A DNA stretch of 64,000 bases. It comes from Haliotis rubra (taxonomy: Eukaryota). Where the stretch lies: contig NW_025767455.1 of NCBI RefSeq assembly GCF_003918875.1, positions 310,001 to 374,000 of the forward strand, in the 5' to 3' direction. Positions within the stretch are counted from its first letter, which is position 1. Every line of letters starts with the position of its first letter. A model generated the notes under the pieces. It saw only the letters and a list, made by a program, of their open reading frames with translations, searched no databases and was not told where the DNA came from. Positions 50,891-62,900 of the stretch are shown in pieces. Position numbers and translations under genes: made by a program.

Positions 50891-52418
50891 AACTCTGTCA
50901 AAAAAGAAACGCAACCCCTGTATTTTAGAGATTTTGATCTGAAGTTTTTAGACGACACAGCATTTTTATTATTTAAGACAGAAGTCTGAAATTTGGCAGA
51001 ATAATAACCAAGATGGGCATGTTTAAAATTGTCATTTCAAAAGTCATCTCACAGACACCAGTTTGTCACCAGGGGGGCGTCTTTCTCAGTATCTCGCATG
51101 AGCACCACGATCTGCAATCACTGCACGGCATCTCCTTGGACAAGAACGGATAAGACGCCGGATTCTTTCCTGGGGAATGGCTCTCCACTCCTCCTGCAGT
51201 GCAACGCCGAGCTGTTGCAGCGTCTGTGGCGGCGGCTGACGTTGACGTACGCGTCGACCCAGAGTATCCACAGGTGTTCAATAGGGTTGAGGTCTGGTGA
51301 TTTAGAGGGCTATGGCAAGACATTGACGTTGGAATTCTGCAGAAAGTTCATTGTTGCACGTGCAGTATGAGGCCGGGCGTTGTCTGGTTGAAAAATCTGT
51401 GTCTGTTGGTCAATAATCGGGAGAAGGTGAGGCTGTAATACGTGGTTGATGTAACGTTGGGCTGTCAGGTTCCTTCAACGATCACCAAGTCTGATTTCTG
51501 GTTGTATGAGATGGATCCCCAAACCATAACGCTTTCTCCGCCAAATCTGTCCCCCTGTCGGACGCAGATGGGCGCAAAACGTTCATGACGTCTCCTATAC
51601 ACACGTTTTCTTCCGTCGTGATGTTGCAAAAGAAAACGGGATTCATCAGAAAACCAGATGCGCCTCCAGTTTTGTAAAGTCCATATCCTTACGTTGTTGC
51701 ACCACCTGAGTCGTCGGCGGAGATGTAGGGGGCGTAGTACAGGTCCAACAACTGGTCTACAGGCACGTAAACCCGCTTCTTTCAGACGGTTCTAATCGTT
51801 TGAGCTGACACTCTCCTCAAACCTGGTATTTGTGTGGCAGTCACGGTTGGTAGGGCATGCCGATTACGCAGGTGATGGACCCGGATGTACCGATCTTGAA
51901 GGGGGGTCGTGATTCTTGGCCTTCCACTTCTCGGGCGATCGTTGGTCAAATTGAAGTTGTTGTAGCGGCTCCAAAGTCGGGATATCGTTGTTTTGTGAAC
52001 ATTTAGGTGCCGTGCAACAGTTCCAAAACTTTCTCCGGCTTGAACACGACCAATGGCGATATTTCGGTCGGCAGCACTCAATCGTGGCATTTTTCACACA
52101 GCTTTTCATGCGACAAATGAATGAATATAATACGAAAGCACATGGGCTTTTATACACCCCTACATTAACTGCCATTTTCATGATTTGCATGTGGTTTTTT
52201 TGTGCGAAGTCACCATGAGGGTCATTTCATGCGTTGTGACGGAATAAGCAATAAAATACACTTATGCGTACAAATGCAGTTGTTTGGATGGTAATCTTCA
52301 TTAATTACGTGTATAATTTCAATACATTCGAATAACATTTAGTTTGGAAGCAATAACTTCATTCAAACGAATTTTTCATATCTGAGGACAGGGGTTGCGT
52401 TTCTTTTTTGACAGAGTT
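50891..52418 (-). mobile_element. Near full-length Tc1 transposon (frameshifted transposase)
   Basis: 31-bp TIRs AACTCTGTCAAAAAAGAAACGCAACCCCTGT, TA TSD. ORF pieces from ATG 52090 carry HTH, FSDESRF, QPDNARPH and SPDLNPIEHLW. Confidence 0.92.
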
Positions 52419-54374
52419 TATTTAGCGCAATTGTGCAAAGATCGTCCATGACCTGATTTCATTTGGCTGCAGTATGTCCGTCCACGAGCCTGATTCCTGA
52501 CTGTGTAGACGTTGCCAGAGACGGCTGCTTTAAAAAACTGGTGCAGGAAGTGTGCTCCAGGCTTCTTCATCAGCGGAACAGCTTGTGATGGTAAATAAAG
52601 TTAGCCTTTCGGCCTGTAAACGGTACGCTGCCCCGAAAGCCGATGTTTAATTATTCTCATAATCTTTTTCCACTTTGTTTTGCTTAGCGTCATAAAAGGT
52701 CAATGCCAGAAAAATAGGAGTGACCGAAACAGAAACCCGTACACAAAAAGCCAAAACAATGATCAAAACTCCACACGGAAACTAAACGCAGATCAGTATC
52801 TATGGAACAATGAATAGATGTCTTCCAGAAATGATCATGAAGCTTCTCGTTGATTGCCCGATCTGCGAGGTCTGCCTCTTCAAACTCTTTAGAATATAAA
52901 TTAGAATTGTCTGAATATGCCACCCACTGTTCTATATTTTAGGACGTTAAAAGTGCATTAGCTCTTCCAATGTATCACTGGCCAATATACATTCGAGCAC
53001 ACCTCGTGTCATCATTTTCAGTGATGATCCATATACTTTTCATACACCCCTTACACAGAACAGAAATCTGTTCTAAGGATAGTCAAGGCTGGGTATTCAT
53101 TGGTAATGACGTTTCAGAAATATGTCATATCATCACCTGCCGAAAATGTATTAATTAACATACTTTTCCACGTTATTATTTTCAAAGTGTCCATTTTTCA
53201 GTCTGTCCCCACCTGGTGTAGGCTGTCAACTTGCTGAATGTAATTCTACCCAAGACTCGCGCTGTGTCACATGTTTCCATGGCTACGACTTAAAGGGTGG
53301 AATCTGCAGTAAGTAGTTGTTATTCCATAGTTCGGGATCGGGTGGTCAGTCTCGCTGACATGTTTGACACATGTTTGACACATGTCAGCGTATCCCAATT
53401 GCGTAGACCGATGCTCACATTGTGATCACTGGATTGTCTCATCCAGACTCGATTATCAACATTCCGCCTCCATATAGCAGGAATATTGCTGAGAGCTGCG
53501 TTAAACAAACCATACCACTTGCTTATTAAAACAGTTTATTAAAGTCGTGTGTTTCACATTTCTTGTGTAGATTGTAATGATACAAGCACACTTGTTTTGT
53601 TTTCAGCACATTCCCATGGCAACGAATCAACTACTACCTTAACCCAATGCGTGGACAACCCACACGTCGATTGTGCTTCCCTTCACTCATCTCTCAACGT
53701 CTGCTCAGAACCGACTACGGCCTGTGAATACTGCCCTCGTTACTGCCACATGTGCAACACGTGCACCCAGGGTGTGCCTATCATTGGCTGATGAAGCAGA
53801 ATGAATGAGATCTGTTTCAGGCTGTTTTGCACAGTATTTCAGTCACATCGGGTGTGCCGCTGCTGAAACCCCGACGAGATGACTGTGCAAATGTTTGTCA
53901 TTTACGCGTCTTGCGGGTATGATGCTCTCAAAAGGAAAATGTAATCAGCCTGATCAAGTGTTAGGACCCATAGTTATATATTTCTGGCACGACGAAGGGA
54001 CGCAACTCTGCTCAATACCAATGGGACTTAGAAGCTGTCATTGTTGAGATAAGTATACGTATAGTATTATGAAACAAATCCTGTAAGTTTGTTTTGTTGG
54101 GAATATATTTGTGCAATCATTTTATCGATATGATAACGCTATAATCTGCAAATGCTGTACAGTCACTTCTTGTTGTGTTTGTTTATTTGTTTAACGCCAA
54201 ACTCAGACAGATACTTCAGATACATGACGACCGTATGTAAATCATGTCTTGAAGTGATTCGTAATTTGACATCGATCAACGCAAATGCGATTCCATGTAT
54301 AAACCAAGTCGCCCAGCTTGACCACCCGAAGTACCAGCCGTATATGGACACGGAGTCAAAGTCATGTAGACTCT

Positions 54375-54865
54375 CAGTAGGAAGGCGTTTCCTATTCTCG
54401 CGGTACTTACGGATATCGGCTGAAAAAATAACACAAACAATTCTTATCGTATTAATGCTTGTTGTTTTTAAATGATGGGCCTTCTCCTCTAACATCTGCA
54501 TCTATCAGCTGCCAGATCCATCAGGTGAATTACCACTCGTGAGCCCGGTGATAAACAATGCCATCCGCCATTGACGAAACCAGGCTTCTCCGATTCTCGC
54601 GGTATTACCAGGAATTAACGTTATTGAGTGTATGTAAGAGCAATCCTGCCGGAAAGGGCGGGAAAAAGTAATGATATGTCCAAGTTGGTATAAACTCGCC
54701 AATATTCGTGATACTGCAAGATTTTGATCATTCACCGACTTGGTCCACTTCCTAGTTACCAGTCGGTGATGTAAACAACCGCTAAGTGTCGCGCATCGGC
54801 GATTTCGGCAGAAAACGTGTTTACCGCGAGAATAGGAAACCCGCGAGAATAGGAGACGGACCTAT
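54375..54865. mobile_element. MITE-like element
   Basis: Inverted repeats GTTTCCTATTCTCGCGGTA / TACCGCGAGAATAGGAAAC; absent from the paralogous region near 32050. Confidence 0.6.
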
Positions 54866-55494
54866 ACAACATGTGCTCAGTTGTGTGTCAAAGAACTACG
54901 ACGGTTTCAGATGAATCAGTTTCTGTTATCGCGCATGAGCATTGTATTTTCTCAATGTGGTTTCCTCAAATGTGTCAACAACCGAACAGATACAGATAAG
55001 TCCAAGATATTTTGTAATCACCTTCAGTATCCAGGTAAATCCCGCATGTGTGTTCGGGCGTGCAAGAGAGAGTGATTTGAGCCAGTGGTTGTGCCCGTGT
55101 GTAAGAGTGTGTGCGCACGTGTGTAAATACAAAGTGTACAATGTTGCATCTACATCCACGTACACACCATTACAACAACATATACAGCAATGTTTATCTT
55201 TAATGGGATTCTGGTTTAACTGGTTCCACACTATACGTATGAGAAACACATGTTAAAACAGTTGGTTGTAGTGCCAATGTATTTCCTTTAAGGCCATATA
55301 CGGGCATGAATACTTAATCAAACCCAGGGAAATATAGTAGAAATATATGGACATTTAATTAATTTTATATCAAGAACAAGAGTTGCTGAAGAGCAATTCT
55401 GACCCAGAATGTCTTAGTCAGCAGTCTGACTTATCGTCTGTACTGTTACGTCATCCGGGTGACAGCTGGTTTGATGGACGATGGACGTGAATTT

Positions 55495-56850
55495 GAAGGC
55501 ACAAAGATACCCTAACACAACCACCAACTATCAAATATCTACATTCAACCATCTACCACAACGTTCATGTCTTTACCAAGGAACCTAAGTTAACATTGAG
55601 GATTACTTCCCAAATGGTAGTGTTTCTCTATAGAGTGAGCAATCTCAGACCCTACAGTACTGTTCGGTTTGGTAGCGCTAGATAGTACCATGTGTGATTG
55701 ATATTGCTTAATGATCATATCATTTCGTGAGTGAGTGAGTTTAGTTTTACGTCGCACTCAGCATTATTCCAGCTATACTGAAGTTACTGAAGATCACTTC
55801 TAACCCGGATCTACACGGATTCATTTCGTGAAGTCTAGTTAATAAATTCACCCAGCGAATCACAACATGAATAATTCCATTATCTTAAGTGTTTTCATGT
55901 TCCTCTGATGTTGCTTGCTCGGTCCACAGGAACATCAGCAGCTGCGTCATGGCATTAAATGGCTGTGTTAGAGGAAGAAGTTTTGGATAAGTAAGAATAA
56001 GTTGGATGGTCCACCCAAGCTATCCGGCATCTCTTCTGGGTGCCGTTCCACTAACCGATCTTAGCCCTACGCCAATTGTAAACCCCTAAAATCCCAATCT
56101 TAGCGTGACGTTATGATCGGCATACCGTTCCACTAACAGATCTTACCCAAGTCAATCGTAAAGTTAAGATCCAGAGTCTAAGTTGCTCATGACCATCTTA
56201 GGATCACCAAAATCAATCGTAAAGAAACCAAAATGGCGGCTTTCATTATTCTATGTGAAGAAGAAGAGCGAGCATTACACTGTGAGCCTGTTTTTCGAGA
56301 CCGCTCATAGATTCTAGATACATTATCAGATGATGTGATTTTGGCGAGGTACAGGGTGCATCGTCACGCCTTGTTTATGCTGATCAATAAGGTTCAGCCA
56401 CATGGGTATGCCAAATACCCAGCGTTCACGCGCACTTGCCCCTGAACCAAAATGCTCTCTACCGTAAAACTGCTCTTTTTCGCTCGAGGCCTGACTGACT
56501 GACTGAGTTTAGTTTTACGCCGCTTTTAGCAATATTCCAGCAATATCACGGCGGGGGACACCACAAATGGGCTTAACACTCGCTCGAGGTTTCTCTCCAC
56601 GTTTACATATGGTTCCAAAACTACCTCCATCATCTGCTAGACTATGCAAAGGGACTCGTGCCTCGCATTTTTCTACCTCTCGCACGAAAGAATCTCGATC
56701 TTAGCTACAATCGGATCGTAAGATCGGGATCGGCTACGATCGGCCTCAGATCGGTAAGTGGAACGGGCGCAACCTTTAGCAAAGACGATTGTAAACTTGG
56801 CGTAACTTGCTAAGATTGATCTTAGATAGGATCGACTAGTGGAACGGCAT
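55495..56850 (+). repeat. Third partial copy of the 18325-19582 segment (includes Harbinger element)
   Basis: Direct match from GAAGGCACAAAGATACCCT onward. Carries a private truncated SINE with TSD TCGCTCGAGG. Confidence 0.85.
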
Positions 56851-56900
56851 TCTAGTGGAGGATGCATTCGTCGGTGGACTCTAACGCTTTATAAATATCC

Positions 56901-58480
56901 CTATTATTATTATTATGTTTTACAGATTAAAGATAATATGCAGCAGAGAGGGTTCGGTTGATCCTGGCACATTTAGGCTGGTAAGGCTCATCATCAGCTC
57001 AGGGTCCTTGCCCCCTCTACACGCAGCCCAGACAGCGAATGGGACTTCTCCCAGGAAACGCTGCCTAGTCGAACCCACCAAGAACTTTCCGAAAATATGA
57101 AGGCTCCCCAACACTGCAGCCTTCTGCATTACCCAGAGTGTCAGAAGACCTGTACTCCCGGTGGAGAACCCGGGCACTCTCCTGATCTGCGCCAAAAGAT
57201 CAGGAGGTACCAAACCAAGGGCACCGAGAACAATGGGGAGCCTGACGACAGTGTACTTGGGATGCAAGCGAGACATTTCAAAGGCGAGGTCCGCATATTT
57301 ATCATGCTTTTCCTTGATCTTGTCAATCACATTCCTGTTAAAAGGGACAGAAAATTCAATGATATATATAAATTCATTGGCTTTATCAAAAAGGACAAGA
57401 TCAGGTTTGTTGGCTGGAATTCTTCTGAGGCTGTACATGGGCCTATTCCACAGAAGTTTGAAAGCATCATTTTCCATGACGCCCTGGACATGTTCAGGGT
57501 CGTACCATGGATGGACCTCGGAGTCAAAGCCACAGGCATGTCGGAGACGGTAGTAAAAGCAGCGAGCCATGCCATCATGTCGTTTAAGATATGCTGTTTG
57601 TGCCAAGGAAGGGCATCCACTGACAAGGTGTTGGACAGTCTCTGTGAATTCATTGCAAAGTCGACATTTCATGTTAATATTCTCTTTAAGAATCACATTT
57701 AGGCGATTACGAGTGGGAAGTGACTGGTCCTGAGCAGCAAAAAGGAAGCCCTCAGTTTCACATTTAAGACCAGCCGACTTCATCCAGGCGAAGGAGTCGG
57801 AGGGATTGCTATTCTGTTCCACACACTGCATGTACACACGATGCAATGGCTTCTCAGAAAGCTTCTCCACAAAAGACCGACTCTGGGCAGACTTGGTGAA
57901 GGACTTCACCTGGTTTACTCCCATCGCTGTACCGTCCAGCAGTACATCGCCATCAGCAAAGTCAACCTCAAATTTCAGATTCTGTCCAACAACCTTGGCA
58001 CGCTTAAAATAGCTGTGGAATTCCTTGCTTTCATCATGAGTCTTCACATGCATCACCAGAGGATCATCCGATAAATAAATATGTGCAAAAGTACACAATA
58101 AAATTCTGTCATGAAGAGCCTCCACATTAATCAAACCCTGACCTCCAGAATTGATTGGCATGTATAAACGGCTACGAGAGGAACGAGGGTGGTGGGCTCT
58201 GTTGTCAGACATGATCCTTCTGGTCAGACGGTCAAGACTCTGGATGTCTTGTTTTGTCCAATCAACTACTCCAAAGGAATAGGAAAGGACTGGCACAGCA
58301 AAAGTATTGGTGGCTTTGACCTTGTTTCGAGCATTTAGCTCTGAACTCCAGATTTTCTTTAAACGAGATTTGTACTCGGCCCGAAGTTTGTCTTGAATCT
58401 GGGCATTCTGGAGCTTGTCTCGAACTTGCATTCCAAGATAGGTGTTGAGCTTTTCAATGATGTCTGGGATAACGCTGTGC
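56901..58480 (-). mobile_element. 5'-truncated R4/Dong-type non-LTR retrotransposon (RT C-terminus, CCHC knuckle, restriction-like endonuclease)
   Basis: Within ORF 56920-58809: YLG, CRLC..ETVQHLVSGC, RHD, KPDL..IIE, EKHDKY; (TAA)n tail. Confidence 0.9.
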
Positions 58481-60388
58481 TTTTGACTTGGGAAGATGCT
58501 TGAAGTGAAGAGTCTCACGTTGACGAGGTGTCTGGATACGGTGCTGTCCATTCCATTCCTGGCTTTCTCGGTGCAGGATATTATATGATGGTACAAACCG
58601 TTGATATTTGTGGGCTCGCATGATAAAGATGTAAGTTCCTTGTGAATATGGTGTCTGTATTGTTCAAAATGTACATTGTTGCATTTATGCCAAGCAAGGT
58701 GCTTTCTACTGATGTTGGATTGACTGAATGTCAGAGTCTCGGGTGGAAGGAGGATTATCATTTTAATGAGAAGATGATCTGAGACGCAATTCCAGTTTTC
58801 GGGTTCCATATATTGTCTATCCTTTGAATGTGATTTGGGGAGTAGTCTGTCACGAATAAGTAGTTGAGTAATGTCTGTCCCGGTTGAAATGAGAAGTGAG
58901 GCCCTGTGCAGAATGGTTGAGCATTCAGACAGGAGAGGTTGTTATGCGTTACAACCTTGTTAATTGAGTTAAAATGTAACGTCACCTCGGCAATATTTCA
59001 GCCAGAGTGTCGAAAAGGGTTTTACATACACAATAAGTAAAAGTTGTTAAATATTCAGTCATCGAAGGACTGTAAAATAACTAGCGTATCACAGTTGGTG
59101 TCTAAAACTAGCCTGTAAATGTAAAACTATTTTATTTACAAAACAATTAGCCGAAATTTAAAATAACAAAAATATTACGTTTAATAACCGGTAAGTTTAA
59201 GTTTACTTTGAAAGTTTTGCGACTTACGTACCCTCTCAGGAGGACAACAATGTTACGATACTTCAACCCCCTTTGAGGATACAGCCACTAACAATCACTG
59301 TTACTAATCTATACTACCATCTTTATAATACCATTTATCTATTTACAAAACATATTATCAAAAATTTATCTTATGATTCTATTTCCTTTAAAAATCAATT
59401 ATTAAATCATAATTAACACTATAACGAAATCCTTAACTGTTTTAACATTGAAATATTTACCCCTTGTGATGGAAAAATCAATGCAGTCAAGCAGGACATG
59501 CTTGACCTTTATTCAAGCTCGTTAAGAAGTTTGGATCTTGAACATGAAGGATTTTACAGTTCAGCATCCATGTCGTATGGCATATCATCACTCTGTCTTG
59601 TAAGTTGTGGACGTCAAGGAGACCCTGCAGATCTGAGAGACACGTCTCGTAAGAGTCAATGCCATATTTATCTATAGGCATGTACCAACGAAGTAGAAAC
59701 AGAGGCTGTGAACTGAGTCTGGTAAGCACAACGAACTCGTAAAGTAGTATCCAGAGATGAATCTGCTTTTGCAACTGAGATGTATTGTGTATTGATAGAG
59801 TCCAGGTAGCAGAGGCTGTCAGTTCGTGTTCTGTTACACAGGCAACATCAGTATCGTGGATGTCGAGTATCTCTCCCAAGGAAACAGCTGATGCTGTTAT
59901 CTACGAATGTATGAAATCTCATTATGATACTTCTTTACTGGAACGTAAATTAGGAACAAAGCACAGTAATATTTTAATCAAATTTTAAACCGCCAACCAT
60001 AAATTACCTATTGAAACAGGTCGCTGGGAAAATATTCCCTCAAATAAACGATTCTGTCCGTCATGTCCCTCCCAACTCGGAGATGAGTTTCATTATTTAT
60101 TTCAGTGTAATAAATTTACTGCTTCCAGAAATATGTATTTAAAGAATGATTATGTAAACAACCCTAACTATTATAAAATGTCAGCCCTATTTCAAACTCA
60201 TAATATGAAGCAATTAAGAAATCTATGTAAATTTATTTCCATTATAATGTCTGTCAACATGACATGATTAGTTTACCTGTACATAATTGCTGGATTTGTT
60301 TCAAGCCATAGCCTAAAAGTGATATATTTTTAAAAAATACCCCCCATGATGCTTTGCATGTATTTGTAAACTTATGGTAATAAAAAGG

Positions 60389-60425
<37 letters not shown>

Positions 60426-60600
60426 GATATAGCACCTCTAACATTCCAGTTCAATACATTCAAAGCTTGTGTTTCTGACATCTGAGGAGTTGAGAGTTAA
60501 TGAATTGACAATAGTTAGCGCACCGTGGATTTGGTTCACGTGAATCGCTATCTTCATCACACGATGAACGTCAACAATAAAAAGTCAGTCCTCAAATGTT
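58480..60600 (-). mobile_element. Decayed APE-endonuclease LINE, interrupted by later insertions
   Basis: LNVLNWNVRG (60481), DVACVTEH and YMP (ORF 59487-59879), SDHL (~58780). Confidence 0.7.
59895..60421 (+). mobile_element. 3' fragment of an RTE-X/CR1-like LINE
   Basis: NHKLPIETGRW..RFCPSC..LGDEFHYLFQC, followed by AATAAA and a (GATT)n tail. Confidence 0.8.
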
Positions 60601-61821
60601 GACAGACCTCGTCCAGATGAACACTACCAAGCCGGCTGTCGTCAACTGTGTTGTTTCAAAAGACATTATAAAGCACCACCTGTGATCAGCAGAGCGTTAA
60701 ATGCATTAAATGTTCTGCTGACCCAGATCCATATATATATATTTTCCAAAATACGAATACTAATATTACTGGGAATATCTCCTTATAAGAACCACATTCG
60801 CCCTGGGACCTTAGACATCCCAATAATTTGTCTTATACTCCAAACATTCCGCCCAACCCCTTCTTGCAATGCAATAGTCCAGACTCCCACTGGTGCTGAA
60901 TCTCCGAGCTCACTGAGGCTAATTCAGTATATACTGAGTTATCTATTTCTATCAACATTTCCTATTTTCAGTGACTTAGCGCTTTGTAAAGCGTGTCACG
61001 ATACTGTAATCATTGATCGAAACATGCCCCTGATATGCTTATTGGTTTTTCCAGACGATACCTATACATGTATTTCTGATGTTCTCCCACATTAGACAAC
61101 TGTTGAAAAATCCAATATTCAACTTGTACGCTTTGTAGCCTTTTTGTGGTATTTCTGCGTTGGTTCCCAAATATTATCACCACAAAAGGAATATCCTATA
61201 TTTTGTTTGAATAGTGAACAAATGACCTGCACTAATGCCACACCATTATGTAGTGTAACTGATCTCCTGGAATATGTCAGGTCAAGAATTGCTACTACGT
61301 TTCACTTTCACTATGTTAATACTCTTATTTTCACAATGAATCAAAATACAATACCATATACAATTATACCAAAAAATTGAAGTTACTTAATGTAATCAAT
61401 TTCATGCTTTTGCATCTATCTGTCGTGTGATGTCTGCATACTTTTTGCCGACTAAATACTCAGTGTTTACTAAGCGTGAAATCATGGCGTGACATCGCGA
61501 TATGCTGACACATTCGCCAGTCGTGGTAAAGCGAAACTTCGTGTGCCACTGTGCCCCGATGTACGTTGGTAAGTACGCGATCATTTTCAGGAGGTTCCGT
61601 ATGTTTGGAATACAAAGTCCGGCATAACACTGCAAACTAGTCAGTCCTACGCTGTAAGCTTAAATCTTAAAGAAGGCTACGCTGGTATGGGCGTTGATTT
61701 ATAGTAAATTACATTTATAACGAACTCGAAACACAACTAATTTGAGTTATAACCGTAACGCATTTCGACTAAACAATAGCTAACGGACTGGACAAATATG
61801 TTCGGTTTATCAGTTCTTTGT

Positions 61822-62400
61822 AAGCAGACAGACAGACAGATTATTTATTAAAGTCTCACCCCTGTTATACATATATACAAACTAATTAAACATATATTTA
61901 CATAAGGGCCATTCCATACGGAATTATGAGAGACTAAAATTCTTTAAAAATTGCATGTACATGTATTATGAGTAACAATAATTAAAAGTTATATAATACG
62001 GATTTTCTCCTTTCTAAAATAACATGGCAGGTTTTGGCAGCTATAAAACAGATATTGCTATTGGACAGGATAAAAGCAGTTTTTTGTATATCAGTAAGAT
62101 TACTAAAATTCTGACATAGGCTATCACAAGTATTTAAAAGACTAAAACGTTCATCACTATAAACCGGACAATTAATTAAAACATGAACTTCGTCTTCAAC
62201 ACAGTGTTTTAAAACATTTTCTGTCAATAAAACATTTTTGCAGTGCCGCATCTTTATATGCATGGGATATTGTTATATCCTACCATAAAAGCATGTTGGT
62301 CAACGTTATTAATGATGTATAGCACTGCCGCATCTGAACTTAGTCATATGCATGATGGATTAGAAATTAACGGACGTATAATCATTGTAAGCGCGTATAA
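61822..62400 (-). mobile_element. 3' fragment of a second RTE-X/CR1-like LINE
   Basis: VEDEVHVLINCPVY motif, AATAAA and a (TCTG)n tail. Confidence 0.7.
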
Positions 62401-62900
62401 ACATCCTTAAATAGTATACCGTTTATAACGAAAGCGTAAAGACAAATATGTTGGTAAGCGTAAACGTCGGGCTTAAAGAAGGCTACGCTGATATGGGCTT
62501 GAAACGTTTATAAAGGCTAACGGACTGATATGTTCGGGATTCTTTGTAAGCATGTTGGTCGTAAGTACGTTGATGCGTTGATGTATAGTATACTACGTTA
62601 ACGAAATAACGAAACTCAAATAGACACAACTAACGGACTGGACAAATATGTACTCGGTTTTATCAGTTCTTTGTAAGCATGTTGGTCGTACGTTCGGGCT
62701 TAAAGAAGTCTGATATGGGCGTTGATGTATAGGGCGTTTATAACGAAAGAAGGCAACGCTGATAAGGGCGTTGATGTATAGTATACTACGTTTATAACGA
62801 AATCGAAGGGACAGCTAATTTGAGCACGTGATAACCGTATTTCGTTCTACATTTCGACTAACAAATAGCAAACGGACTGGAAAAATATGTATCAGTTGTT
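62380..62900. repeat. Irregular tandem repeat (one more unit at ~61665-61825)
   Basis: Recurrent TTAAAGAAGGCTACGCTGATATGGGC, TTATAACGAAA and AACGGACTGGACAAATATG blocks; looks like a low-quality consensus. Confidence 0.6.

Larger units (their letters stand above)
42131..53791 (+). pseudogene. Gene 3: rearranged, possibly pseudogenised paralog of gene 2 (4.5 EGF)
   Basis: Exons 42131-42187, 42306-42448, 42707-42818 (3a), 43513-43624 (3b), 46037-46173, 46475-46602, 47656-~48163 (donor deleted), 48265-48363, 49016-49126, 49369-49485, 49621-49731, 49841-49951, 52473-52590 (+1 A in a run), 53202-53308 (-1 C in a run), 53607-53791. Confidence 0.75.
33185..55190 (+). repeat. Tandem segmental duplicate of ~12153-32660
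   Basis: Collinear match starting CTAGCG..TTGTTTTATATCCAT. Same TEs, satellite and all gene 2 exons are repeated. Confidence 0.9.

Noticed and set aside
52473-53308. Compensating +1/-1 frameshifts in gene 3 exons 12-13
   Set aside because: The shifted frame hits TGA before the second indel. Both lie in homopolymers and are probably errors.
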